Position numbers and translations under genes: made by a program. This document shows positions 42,390-52,413 of a DNA stretch of 64,000 nt, in pieces. How positions within the stretch are numbered: position 1 is the first letter of the stretch; each line of letters begins with the position of its first letter. Source of the DNA: an uncultured Candidatus Binatia bacterium. GTDB taxonomy: Bacteria > Desulfobacterota > Binatia > UBA9968 > JAJDTQ01. Location: positions 2,848,001 through 2,912,000 of the forward strand of contig OZ219754.1 in NCBI GenBank assembly GCA_964291295.2, given 5' to 3'. The notes below the pieces were generated by a model. That model ran no database searches. It saw nothing but the letters and a program-made list of their open reading frames with translations, and was not told the DNA's origin.

Positions 42390-43763
42390 ATGAAGGCAGA
42401 TCTGGTCATCAGGCACGGCACGGTGGTGACGCCCGAGAGCACGTTCGAGGGCGGCGTGGCCATTCATGCCGGAAAATTCGTGGCCATCGGCACGGACGAC
42501 TCGCTTCCGGAGGGAGCCCGGGAGATCAACGCCGGCGGCAAGCACATTCTGCCCGGACTGATCGACGGCCACGTTCATTTCCGCGAACCCGGCATGACCC
42601 ACAAGGAGGATTTCGGCACCGGCTCCCGCGCGGCCATCTGCGGCGGCATCACCTGCGTGGTGGAGATGCCCAACACGATTCCGCCGGTGACCCATCCCGA
42701 ACAGGTGGAAGAGAAAAAGCGGCTCGCCGAGGAGAAATCGCTGGTGGATTTCGCGCTCCTCGGAGTGATCGTGCAGACCAACGCCGACCAGATCCTGCCC
42801 ATGGCCCGGGCGGGAGCCGTGGGTTACAAGATCTTCTTCGGCGAGACCATCGGCAATCTGCCCTTCCCGGACGACGGCGTGTGCCAGGACGTGTTCCAGC
42901 GTATCACCGAGTCGCGGTTGCCATTGTGCATCCATGCCGAGAACCGCCAGATCATGTACCACCACCTGAACCGCATCAAGGAGGAGGGCAGGACCGCCCC
43001 GGTCAACTGGGAGTCCACGCGCCCGGCCATCTGCGAGGCGGAGTCGGTTCACCACGCCCTCTTCTTTGCCGAGACCTTCGGAACCAGGCTCCACGTGCTG
43101 CATATGAGTTCCAGACAGGCCGCCGGGCTCGTCCGGGACGCCAAGGCCCGGGGGCTTCGGGTCACGGCCGAGACCGGCCCCCACTATCTGTTGCGGGAGC
43201 CCCGGGACATGGAAAAGGTGGGCCCGCTGCTCAAGATGAACCCGCCGGTGCGCACCCGAGACCATGGCGAGGCGCTGTGGGACGGATTGCTCAACGGCCA
43301 TGTGGACATGATCGCCACCGACCACTCCCCCCACACCCTGGAGGAGAAGGGCGCGGACACCGACGGCCACATGCTGAAACCTGCCATCTGGGACTGCATC
43401 TCAGGGTTCTGCGGAGTGGAGACCGGCGTTCCGCTGATGCTCACGGAGGTCAACAAGGGCCGCATGACCCTGAACCATTACGTGAGGCTGGCCTCGGAAA
43501 ACCCCTCGAAAATATGGCAGATCCACCCCCAGAAGGGTGCCCTTCGAGTGGGCTCCGACGGCGACGTGACCATCGTGGACATGGACAAGGAAGGGGTCAT
43601 CGACATCAACAGGCTGCACAGCAGGAACAACCCCTCGCCGTGGCACGGCTGGAAGATCAAGGGCATGCCGGTGACCGCCATCGTGCGGGGCCACGTGCAG
43701 ATGGAAGACGGTGAGCCCGTGGGCGGGCCGGTCGGGCGCATGGTGCTGCCCAAGCCCGACTGA
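42390..43763 (+). CDS. Cyclic amidohydrolase (dihydroorotase/allantoinase/hydantoinase family)
   Basis: PGLIDGHVHFREPG, EMPNT, HAEN, KMNPPVR, ATDHSPH. Confidence 0.9.
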   Translation: MKADLVIRHGTVVTPESTFEGGVAIHAGKFVAIGTDDSLPEGAREINAGGKHILPGLIDGHVHFREPGMTHKEDFGTGSRAAICGGITCVVEMPNTIPPVTHPEQVEEKKRLAEEKSLVDFALLGVIVQTNADQILPMARAGAVGYKIFFGETIGNLPFPDDGVCQDVFQRITESRLPLCIHAENRQIMYHHLNRIKEEGRTAPVNWESTRPAICEAESVHHALFFAETFGTRLHVLHMSSRQAAGLVRDAKARGLRVTAETGPHYLLREPRDMEKVGPLLKMNPPVRTRDHGEALWDGLLNGHVDMIATDHSPHTLEEKGADTDGHMLKPAIWDCISGFCGVETGVPLMLTEVNKGRMTLNHYVRLASENPSKIWQIHPQKGALRVGSDGDVTIVDMDKEGVIDINRLHSRNNPSPWHGWKIKGMPVTAIVRGHVQMEDGEPVGGPVGRMVLPKPD

Positions 43764-43793
43764 CGCCGCGGCGGCACCCCTTCAGGGAGAACC

Positions 43794-44714
43794 ATGAAAC
43801 GCACCGAACCGCTGGAGTTCCATCAGCCCGCGAGTCTTGCGGAAGCCACCCGTATCATGCTGGACGGAGGCCCGGGAGGCCACTTTCTGGCGGGTGGCAC
43901 CGACCTTGTCATCGCCATGAAGGAAAAGGGCCTGGTGCCGAAGTACGTGGTGGACCTCAAGCGAATTCCGGCCCTTTCGGGCATTCGCGAAGAGGCGGAC
44001 GGGGGCATCGCCATCGGCGCCCTGACCACTCTTCGTGAGGTGGAGCTCTCCCCCGTCATCACCGGTCGTTACCGCTTCCTGGCCCAGAGCGCCGCCGAGG
44101 TGGGTTCCATCCAGATCCGCAACCGCGCCACCATCGGCGGAAACATGGCGAACGCCACGCCGTCGGCGGATGTGGCGCCGGCGCTGCTGGCGCTGGACGC
44201 CAGGGTGACGCTGGCAGGCGCCGGCGGCGAACGGGTACTGGATCTCGGGGAATTCTTCCGCGGCCCCGGCCAGACCGTTGCCGAACCCGGCGAGATCCTG
44301 ACGGAACTGCGGATTCCGGCGCAGCACCCGCGCCTCGCCGGCGAGTACATCAAGTTCTCGCCCAGGGAAATGATGGATCTGGCCTATGTCGGGGTGGCCG
44401 TGACCCTGACGTTGACCGAGGCCGACCGGCGCTGCGAGTCGGCGGCCATCGCCCTGGGCGCGGTATCGCCCACGCCCATGCGGTCGCCCCGGGCGGAAGC
44501 GGTCCTGCGGGGCCAGGTGCTGACAAGGGAGCTGGCGGAGGAGGCCGGCAGAACGGCGTCCCTGGAGTGCAGCCCCATCAGCGACGTGCGCTCCTCGGCC
44601 TGGTACCGGAGGGCCATGGTACGCGTGAACACCAGTCGAGCGCTGCTCAACGCCGCCGCGGGAACCGGTCCGGTACGCTGGACGAGGCGTCGGGACCGGC
44701 GCTACGAACAGTGA
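43794..44714 (+). CDS. Xanthine dehydrogenase family FAD-binding (medium) subunit
   Basis: LAGGTDL, IGALTT, QIRNRATIGGN, PISDVRSSAWYR. Confidence 0.93.
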   Translation: MKRTEPLEFHQPASLAEATRIMLDGGPGGHFLAGGTDLVIAMKEKGLVPKYVVDLKRIPALSGIREEADGGIAIGALTTLREVELSPVITGRYRFLAQSAAEVGSIQIRNRATIGGNMANATPSADVAPALLALDARVTLAGAGGERVLDLGEFFRGPGQTVAEPGEILTELRIPAQHPRLAGEYIKFSPREMMDLAYVGVAVTLTLTEADRRCESAAIALGAVSPTPMRSPRAEAVLRGQVLTRELAEEAGRTASLECSPISDVRSSAWYRRAMVRVNTSRALLNAAAGTGPVRWTRRRDRRYEQ

Positions 44715-44930
44715 AGCCGGTCGGGATGATGTCCGAAGGGAATTAGTAGGGAATGGTGCCATTTTCCTGTTGCCATTCTTCTTGTTGCATTCGCGGCGCT
44801 CTCCTACAGGACCGTCCGCAGGAGGTCAGACAGTGTTGCGGTTCGGCGACGGGCGGTCAGCGGACGTGGCATTTTTTATATAACCCCCTGTCCGAAGGGC
44901 CGGCCCTGACATCAAGGAGACCTGAAGTCC

Positions 44931-45422
44931 ATGAACCAACCCATTGAATTCACGTTGAACGGCAAGCCGACTTCGGTGGCGGCGCCGGCGCACCGCCTGC
45001 TGCTGGACCTGTTGCGGGACGAGATCGGCGTCACCGGCACCAAGGAGGGCTGCGGCACCGGCGACTGCGGCGCCTGCACGGTCTACCTCGACGGCAAGCC
45101 GGTGAACTCGTGCCTGGTGCTGACCGGCGAACTCCACCGGACGGAGATCGTGACCATCGAAGGGCTCGGGGACGGCAGCCATCCGCTCCAGGCGGCCTTC
45201 ATGGCCGACGGCGGCGCCCAGTGCGGCTACTGCACGCCTGGCATGCTGATGATGGCCAAGTCGTTCCTCGAAGAGAACCCCGACCCGACGGACGACGATA
45301 TCCGCTTCGCCCTCTCGGGCAATCTGTGCCGCTGTACCGGATACGTGAAGATCGTCGAAGCGGTCCGGAACGCCGCCGCCGACCTGCGGCGACGCGCCGG
45401 CAAGGGGCGGGAAAATGGATGA
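44931..45422 (+). CDS. Xanthine dehydrogenase family 2x[2Fe-2S] (small) subunit
   Basis: [31 protein letters not shown]. Confidence 0.95.
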   Translation: MNQPIEFTLNGKPTSVAAPAHRLLLDLLRDEIGVTGTKEGCGTGDCGACTVYLDGKPVNSCLVLTGELHRTEIVTIEGLGDGSHPLQAAFMADGGAQCGYCTPGMLMMAKSFLEENPDPTDDDIRFALSGNLCRCTGYVKIVEAVRNAAADLRRRAGKGRENG

Positions 45423-47706
45423 CCTCAAGGTCGTCGGCCATCCCGTCACCCGCGTCGACGCCGGCGAGAAGGTCGCGGGCACGGCGCTGTACGGGTACGA
45501 TCTGGTACTGCCGGACATGCTGCACGGCAAGGTCCTGTTCAGTCCCCGGGCGCACGCGCGCATCGTCCGCATCGACCTGGAAAAGGCGCGCCGGCATCCC
45601 GGCGTGGCGGCGGCCATTGCCGGCGCCGACGCACCCTGGACCCACGGCGAGTCCATCAAGGACAAGCCGTTTCTGGCCACCGGCAAGGTCCGCTACGTTG
45701 GCGAACCGGTGGCGGCGGTGGCGGCCGTGGACGAGGACACCGCCCAGGAAGCGCTGAAGCTCATCGACGTGGAATACGAGGACCTGCCCGCCTACTTCAC
45801 CCCGGAGGAAGCCTGCCAGCCCGGCGCCGCGGCCATACACGAAGAGTTCGGGGCCTATCGCAAGGCACCCTTCATCGTCGGCGCGCCCATGCCCAACGTG
45901 TGCGAGCACTTCAAGCTGCGCACCGGGGACACCGCCGAGGGCTTCCGGCAGTCGGACCTGGTGCTGGAGGAAAAATACTACGTGCCGATCATCCAGCACG
46001 CCGCCATGGAACCCCACTCGGCCCACGCCCAGGTGGATCCCGAGACCGGACGGGTGACCCTGTGGGTCGCCAACGACGCGCCCTTTCGCGCCCTCACCGA
46101 AATAGCCGAGGCCCTGGGCCTGCCCCAGGACCAGATTCGCCTCATCAACCCGCTCCAGGGCGGCGGCTTCGGCTCCAAGGGCGGACTCAAGCTGGAGCCC
46201 ATCGCCATGGGGCTGGCGTGGCACACCCGCGGCCGCCCGGTGCGGGTGAAGTTCAACCGCGAGGAGACCTTCGTCTCGACCCTGGTGCGCCACGAGGCCA
46301 CGGTGCACATCAAGAGCGGCGTCCGGAACGACGGCACGCTCATGGCCCGGCACATGACCCTGTACTGGGGCGGCGGCGCCTACGCGGAGAAGAGCCCCAC
46401 GGTGTGCATCCGCGGCAGCCTGCCCGCCCCCGGCCCCTACCGCATCCCCCATGTCCATGTGGACGGTTACGCGGTGTACACCAACAAGCCCGTGGCCGGG
46501 GCCTTTCGCGGCTACGGCATCCCCCAGGGCGCCTGGGCCACCGAGCAGCACATGGACGAACTGGCCCGGCGGCTGGCCATGGATCCCCTGGAGTTGCGCA
46601 TGAAGAACGTCTTCGCGGACGGCGACACGGCCTACTGGGGCGAACAGTTGCACAACGTGGGCCTCGCCGAAACCCTGACCCGGGCGGCCGCGGCCATCGA
46701 CTGGGACAAGCCCCGGCCGGCCGGGGTCGGACGCGGGCTGGCGTGCATCTCCAAGCCAACCCGCTCGCCCACCACCTCCAACGCGGGCGTGCTGGTGGAT
46801 GCCAACGGCCAGGTCACGGTCCTGGCCGGCACGGTGGAGATCGGACAGGGATGCAACACCATCCTTTCACAAGTGGCCGCGGAAGAGCTGCGTATCCCCA
46901 TGGAGCAGGTGCGGGTGGCGCCCCTCGACACCGACGTGATCCCGTTCGACGCTTCCACCACCTCCAGCCGCAGCACCTACCACATGGGCAACGCCGTGCG
47001 CGGCGCCGCCATCCACGCGCGCGAACAGCTGCTGGAGATGGCCGCCCCCATGCTGGAAGGGAAACGGGAAGAGATGGTGGTCGCCGACGGCAAGGTCCAC
47101 CTCAAGGACCATGACGAGATCGCCCTCACCTTCGGAGAGATGATCCGGCGCAAGCTGGGAACCGACGCCGTGTTGCGGGGCGACGCCTCCTACACCTACG
47201 AGATGGGCAAGGAGCTGGACCTGGAAACCGGCCATAGCGATCACGCGTCGGCCTTCTACATGTACGCCACCCAGGCGGCGGAGGCGTCGGTGGATCCGGA
47301 GACCGGCCGGGTGCGGCTGCACCGGGTATCCGCCGCCCACGACGTGGGCAAGGCCATCAACCCGCTCAATTGCGACGCGCAGATCGAGGGCGGCGTGGCC
47401 ATGGGCATCGGCGCCGCGCTCCACGAGAACCTGGTCATCGACGAGAACGGCAAGGTGCGCAACCCCTCGTTCCTGGACTACCACCTGGTAACGTCCGTGG
47501 ACGTCCCCGAGATCATTCCCATCATCGTCGAATGCGCTGAACCCGAGGGCCCTTACGGCGCCAAGGGACTGGGCGAGCCGGGTCTGGCTCCGACTCCCGC
47601 CGCCATCGGCAATGCGGTGGCGGACGCCATCAAGTGGCGCATCCGCGAACTGCCACTGACACCGGAGCGGGTGTTCCGGGCACTGGAGGAGCGCGACGGG
47701 AAGTAG
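45415..47706 (+). CDS. Xanthine dehydrogenase family molybdopterin-binding (large) subunit
   Basis: [42 protein letters not shown]. Confidence 0.94.
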   Translation: MDDLKVVGHPVTRVDAGEKVAGTALYGYDLVLPDMLHGKVLFSPRAHARIVRIDLEKARRHPGVAAAIAGADAPWTHGESIKDKPFLATGKVRYVGEPVAAVAAVDEDTAQEALKLIDVEYEDLPAYFTPEEACQPGAAAIHEEFGAYRKAPFIVGAPMPNVCEHFKLRTGDTAEGFRQSDLVLEEKYYVPIIQHAAMEPHSAHAQVDPETGRVTLWVANDAPFRALTEIAEALGLPQDQIRLINPLQGGGFGSKGGLKLEPIAMGLAWHTRGRPVRVKFNREETFVSTLVRHEATVHIKSGVRNDGTLMARHMTLYWGGGAYAEKSPTVCIRGSLPAPGPYRIPHVHVDGYAVYTNKPVAGAFRGYGIPQGAWATEQHMDELARRLAMDPLELRMKNVFADGDTAYWGEQLHNVGLAETLTRAAAAIDWDKPRPAGVGRGLACISKPTRSPTTSNAGVLVDANGQVTVLAGTVEIGQGCNTILSQVAAEELRIPMEQVRVAPLDTDVIPFDASTTSSRSTYHMGNAVRGAAIHAREQLLEMAAPMLEGKREEMVVADGKVHLKDHDEIALTFGEMIRRKLGTDAVLRGDASYTYEMGKELDLETGHSDHASAFYMYATQAAEASVDPETGRVRLHRVSAAHDVGKAINPLNCDAQIEGGVAMGIGAALHENLVIDENGKVRNPSFLDYHLVTSVDVPEIIPIIVECAEPEGPYGAKGLGEPGLAPTPAAIGNAVADAIKWRIRELPLTPERVFRALEERDGK

Positions 47707-47709
47707 CCC

Positions 47710-48948
47710 ATGGACAGGATACCGGTCGTTATCCTCACGGGCTTTCTCGGGGCCGGCAAGACCACGCTGCTGAACCGCATCCTGACCGCGCCCCACGGCC
47801 ACCGCATCGCCGTGGTCGTCAACGAGTTCGGCGAGGTGGGCATCGATCACCACCTCATCATCGCTTCGGACGAAGAGATCTTCCAGATGAACAACGGCTG
47901 CATCTGCTGCACCGTCCAGGGAGATCTGTTGCGCGTGCTGCTGCAACTGCCGGACCGGCGCGGCACCTTCGACTTCCTGGTGGTGGAGACCTCCGGCCTC
48001 GCCGACCCCACGGTGATCGTGCAGACCCTGCTGCTGGACGAGCGCATCCGCATGGATTTCGAACTGCAGGCCGTGGTGACCGTCGTCGACGGCATGCACA
48101 TCGGACAGCAGCTGGCGGTGCAGCATGAAGCCCGTGAGCAGATCGCCTGCGCGGACGCCATCCTGCTCAACAAGACCGACCTCATCACCGAGGAGGAGGC
48201 GACGGCGGTGGCCGCGCGGCTCGGTGCGCTGAACCCCACCGCCCGGGTCACCCTCACCCGACAGGCCGGCGTGGACATCGGTGAACTGCTGGAGATGCGG
48301 GCCTTCGATCTCGAAGCCCGGCGTCGGACCCTCGGAAACGATCATCATCACGAGCATGCGTCATCGCTCCGGACCGTCTCCTTCGTGCAGCCCGGGGATC
48401 TCGACAAGACCCGCCTGAGCCATTGGTTCCGGGGAGTGCTGGCGGAGAAAGGGGCCGACATCCTGCGCATGAAGGGCATCCTCAACATGCACGGCGACTC
48501 GCACCAGTTCGTGTTCCACGGTGTCCACAGCATGTTCGAGGGGCGCTTGGGGCGGGAATGGGAAGAGGACGAGGAACGGCTCAATCGGCTGGTGTTCATC
48601 GGCAGGGAGCTGGACCACGAGACCCTTCGGAGCGGGCTCCGGACCTGCCTCCGCGCCGACCACGAAGCCGCCGGCGACGGCGCCCTGGACATCTATCGCG
48701 ACGTGTCGTGCTTCACCCTGGACCAGATCCGTATCTGGGTCCGACAGGCGCTGGAGTTCCCGCCGGAGACCGCCATCACCATCAAGGAAGTCCCCTGCGT
48801 CAAGCCGGGCTGCCCGCCCATCGAAACCGCCATCATGGTGTTCCTGGACGGTGAGCCGCCGCGGTTCTACAAGATCCAGAAGACCATCAACGAGGTCAAC
48901 TTCGACACCGTCTACAATCTGATCGAGAATCCGATGCCGTGCTGCTGA
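47710..48948 (+). CDS. COG0523/CobW-family metallochaperone GTPase with an extra Cys-rich C-terminal domain
   Basis: GFLGAGKTT, NEFG, GCICC, ETSG, NKTD, DHHHEH, CobW_C, then EVPCVKPGCPPIET and terminal PCC. Confidence 0.9.
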   Translation: MDRIPVVILTGFLGAGKTTLLNRILTAPHGHRIAVVVNEFGEVGIDHHLIIASDEEIFQMNNGCICCTVQGDLLRVLLQLPDRRGTFDFLVVETSGLADPTVIVQTLLLDERIRMDFELQAVVTVVDGMHIGQQLAVQHEAREQIACADAILLNKTDLITEEEATAVAARLGALNPTARVTLTRQAGVDIGELLEMRAFDLEARRRTLGNDHHHEHASSLRTVSFVQPGDLDKTRLSHWFRGVLAEKGADILRMKGILNMHGDSHQFVFHGVHSMFEGRLGREWEEDEERLNRLVFIGRELDHETLRSGLRTCLRADHEAAGDGALDIYRDVSCFTLDQIRIWVRQALEFPPETAITIKEVPCVKPGCPPIETAIMVFLDGEPPRFYKIQKTINEVNFDTVYNLIENPMPCC

Positions 48949-49083
48949 CCCGTGCCGACCGCAACGCGCCGGCGGTCCCGCCGGGCGCCTGTGCGACCTC
49001 GCACCGCGGTTCCGCCAATCCGGTCCCGTGTTCATCGACCCGGTAACCGGACCCGCCGGGCGCTCCCCGCGGCCCGGCGCTCT

Positions 49084-49704
49084 CTACAGTTCCCGCCGGC
49101 CGTCCAGGGCCTCCCCCAGGGTGCCGGCGTCGGTGTACTCGATCTCTCCGCCCATGGGCAGGCCCCGGGCGATGCGGGTGATGCGGATGCCGAGGGGCCG
49201 GATCAACTTGGCCAGATACAGGGCGGTGGCGTCCCCCGCCCGGGTGGCGTTGGTGGCGACGATGATCTCGGCAGGCGGTCGGGTCCGGATCCGGTACAGG
49301 AGTTCCCTGATCTTCAGCGCGTCGGGGCCCACCCCGTCCAGCGGGAAGATGGCGCCGTGGAGCACGTGGTAGAGACCCTTGTACTCCCCCGACCGCTCCA
49401 GTGCCATGAGATCGGACGGCTCCTCCACCACACAGATGACATGACCGTCACGTCCGGGGTCGCGGCAGACCTTGCAGCGTGCCACCTCCTCCGTCCCCGG
49501 AGGTATTTCACTCAGGCCGAAACACTCGGGGCAGAGCCCCATCTCGCGCTTGAGCCGCTCCATGCTTCCCGCCAGGGCCAGTACCGATGCCCTGCTTTCC
49601 TTCAGCATGTGGAAGGCCAGGCGTCCGGCGGTCTTCTCGCCGATGCCGGGAAGCCGGGAGAGATGCTCGATGACGCGCGCCACCGGTGCCGGATATCCGG
49701 TCAT
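49084..49704 (-). CDS. recR: Recombination protein RecR
   Basis: LPGIGEKTA, C4 zinc finger, ICVVE, YHVLHG, TRIARGLP.GG. Confidence 0.96.
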   Translation of the reverse strand: MTGYPAPVARVIEHLSRLPGIGEKTAGRLAFHMLKESRASVLALAGSMERLKREMGLCPECFGLSEIPPGTEEVARCKVCRDPGRDGHVICVVEEPSDLMALERSGEYKGLYHVLHGAIFPLDGVGPDALKIRELLYRIRTRPPAEIIVATNATRAGDATALYLAKLIRPLGIRITRIARGLPMGGEIEYTDAGTLGEALDGRREL

Positions 49705-50027
49705 GACGTCAGCCCGGGGATCTTGAGTCCTCCGGTCAGCTTGCTCATCTCCTCCGAGGCCATTTCGCGGGCACGCCGGAGCCCCTCGTTGACGGCCGCG
49801 CGCACCAGGTCCTCCAGCATCTCCACCTCTTCCGGATCAACGACCACGGGGTCCAGCTTGATGGAGGCCAGAACCAGTTGGCCATTGACGGTGACGCGCA
49901 CCATGCCGCCGCCCGCGGTGGCGACCACCGTCTTCCTGGCCAGTTCCTCCTGGATCTTCGCAAACCTGGCCTGCATCTCCTGGGCCTGCTTCAGAAGTCC
50001 GCTCATGCCGCCCGAACCCTCGCTCAT
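49701..50027 (-). CDS. ybaB: YbaB/EbfC nucleoid-associated protein
   Basis: LLKQAQEMQ, AGGGMV.V, MLEDLVRAAVN; between dnaX and recR. Confidence 0.95.
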   Translation of the reverse strand: MSEGSGGMSGLLKQAQEMQARFAKIQEELARKTVVATAGGGMVRVTVNGQLVLASIKLDPVVVDPEEVEMLEDLVRAAVNEGLRRAREMASEEMSKLTGGLKIPGLTS

Positions 50028-50052
50028 GTCATTGCTCCCTTCAGCGGGCCGG

Positions 50053-51750
50053 CTACTTCACCGTACCCCCGAAAATCTTCAACGCTTCGTCGATGATGTC
50101 CGCGCCACTTTCCGGATCCACGGTCGAGGGGCCTCCGGCGCTCTCCCCCCCGTCTGTCACCGCCGCCGTCACCGTCAGCTTCCGCCCGAAGAATCCCTCA
50201 AGCAACCGTTCCAGCAGCGCCCGGTTCTCCCCGGTCTCGAAATGGCTCAGATGAAACCGGTCTTCGAAACCGAGTTGCACGCCGGCGACCGAGATCTCCA
50301 GGATCCGTCCCTGCTGCAGATACGATGCCAGCAGTCGGTTCTCGCCCGCGGCGAACTCCAGGAACCGGTTCCACTCGGCCGGAGTCGGTTCGGGCGCCGG
50401 TGAATCCGGCGCCGCTCCGGCCCCGGGGGCCGGACGCCCGGGTTCCGGGACGGCGGGTTGGTCACCGGCGGGATCCGCCGCCGGGAGCGGCCGGGCCTCG
50501 CTCGCGGACTCCGCCGCCGGCGCCGCACTCTCCTCGTGAGTCGCGCCGCTCCCCTGGAGCTCCCGTTCCAGCCGCCGCAACTCTTCGATGGCGTCGGTGA
50601 TGTTCACGGTGCGCGGCAGGGTCGCCACCCGCACCAGCGCCACTTCCAGGTCGAACCTCGGATAGGGCGAGCGGGCCACCCTCTCGTCGCCCTGGACCAT
50701 GAACCGGTAGTAGCCCATGAGGGTCTCGGGATCGACGGACGACGCCTGGGCGCGCAGGAGGGAGATCTCCTCGTCGGCAAGGTCCATGAGGCGCCGGGTC
50801 GCGCTCCCTTCGCCGGCACCGGCCGCCGTCCCGCTGCCGTCCATCAGCCGGATCACAAGGAGATTGCGGAAGTGCTCCACCAGATCCCGGGAAAGGGTCG
50901 CCAGATCCACCCCGTGGCTGGCCACCTCGGCAACCAGGGACAGGCACTCGGCGGCATTCCCCGCGATCACCGCGGCGGAGACCTCATGGAGCACACGCCG
51001 CTCGGCCACGCCGAGAATGTCCCGCAACAGCGGCTCGTCAACCGCACCGCCTTCCTCCGAGGGCTCCGCAAACGACAGCACCTGCTCCAGCAGCGACTGC
51101 GCGTCGCGCATGCTGCCCTGGGCCGCGCGGCTCATGAGCGTCAGCGCACCGTCGGTGATGTCCAGGCCCTCCACTTCCGCCATCCGCCGCAGTCTTTCGT
51201 GGATGTCGGGAACCTCGATGCGGCGGAAGTCGAAGCGCTGGCACCGCGACAGGATGGTTTCCGGCAGCCGGTGGACCTCGGTGGTGGCAAGGATGAACTT
51301 GGCGAACGGCGGCGGCTCCTCCAGGGTCTTGAGCAACGCGTTGAAGGCGTCCCGGGTGACCTGGTGGACCTCGTCGATGATATACACCTTGAAACGCGCC
51401 GCCGCGGGCTGGTAGCGCACATTCTCGATGATCTGCCGGACCTCGTCGATGCCCCGGTTGGAGGCGCCGTCGATCTCGTAAAGGTCGATGGCGCGGGCTT
51501 CGTTGATCTCGTTGCAGCGGGGGCACTCGTTGCAGGGCGCCGGCGTCGGCCCGTGCTGGCAGTTCAGCGCCTTGGCAAGAATGCGCGCGGCGCTGGTCTT
51601 GCCCACGCCCCGGACACCGGTGAACAGGTAGCAATGAGCGATGCGGCCGCTCCGGATGGCGTTGGCAAGGACCCGGGCGACATGCGGCTGCCCCACCATG
51701 TCCGCAAAGCTCCGCGGGCGCCACTTGCGAGCCAGAACGAGGTACGACAT
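50053..51750 (-). CDS. dnaX: DNA polymerase III subunit gamma/tau
   Basis: MSYLVLARKWRP, GVRGVGKT, EIDGASN, IIDEVH, SRCQRF. Confidence 0.97.
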   Translation of the reverse strand: MSYLVLARKWRPRSFADMVGQPHVARVLANAIRSGRIAHCYLFTGVRGVGKTSAARILAKALNCQHGPTPAPCNECPRCNEINEARAIDLYEIDGASNRGIDEVRQIIENVRYQPAAARFKVYIIDEVHQVTRDAFNALLKTLEEPPPFAKFILATTEVHRLPETILSRCQRFDFRRIEVPDIHERLRRMAEVEGLDITDGALTLMSRAAQGSMRDAQSLLEQVLSFAEPSEEGGAVDEPLLRDILGVAERRVLHEVSAAVIAGNAAECLSLVAEVASHGVDLATLSRDLVEHFRNLLVIRLMDGSGTAAGAGEGSATRRLMDLADEEISLLRAQASSVDPETLMGYYRFMVQGDERVARSPYPRFDLEVALVRVATLPRTVNITDAIEELRRLERELQGSGATHEESAAPAAESASEARPLPAADPAGDQPAVPEPGRPAPGAGAAPDSPAPEPTPAEWNRFLEFAAGENRLLASYLQQGRILEISVAGVQLGFEDRFHLSHFETGENRALLERLLEGFFGRKLTVTAAVTDGGESAGGPSTVDPESGADIIDEALKIFGGTVK

Positions 51751-51870
51751 GACGCTAAGTGCGGTTCCGGGTATCCCCCCGGCAGGGCGATCTGGAAGCG
51801 AGATCCGGAAGCGAATCGTCCGCACGGGGGCGCGACCCACGAGGACGCGACCGGAACCGTGCGCGCGGCG

Positions 51871-51999
<129 letters not shown>

Positions 52000-52157
52000 G
52001 GGCCAACGTCCCGAACCGATGTCCGGATCCACGTCCCGGCGGCCAGCCATGTCCCTCGCGCGGAGACCCTTGTCTAGCAGATTTCCCCGCGCACAGCCAA
52101 TCTGCCTGACCTCGGTATTGACCTCCGGAGCCCGTGTCCGGCAAGGGGCGCGAGAGC

Positions 52158-52247
52158 TGGCGGAGAGGGAGGGATTCGAACCCCCGTTACCCGCAGGTAA
52201 ACCTGATTTCGAGTCAGGCGCCTTCAACCGGACTCGGCCACCTCTCC
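52158..52247 (-). tRNA. tRNA-Ser (CGA)
   Basis: GGAGAGG acceptor, CCTGA-CT CGA AA-TCAGG, long variable arm, GGTTCGAATCC, GCCA end. Confidence 0.95.
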
Positions 52248-52413
52248 ACGCGCCGCAGGCCTTGAACCTATCATGCCCGCGGCCCATTGGAAACTCGCGG
52301 TTGGAGTGCATGGCCCATCCGTCCCTTGCCATGGCGCTGGACGACCTGGGGCGGGCCTGGATGTCGATGATGGCCCGAGAGGCCCTGTGAGTCTCGGTCC
52401 GCCCCTGATCCGC

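Noticed and set aside
36134-47706. Aerobic CO dehydrogenase (coxMSL) call
   Set aside because: Neither large subunit has the form I AYxCSFR or form II AYRGAGR loop
48940-49010. Selenocysteine read-through at the CobW TGC-TGC-TGA end
   Set aside because: Read-through runs into the antisense of recR with non-protein-like sequence; no convincing SECIS
50053-51750. dnaX programmed frameshift
   Set aside because: No A AAA AAG or long A-run slippery site noticed
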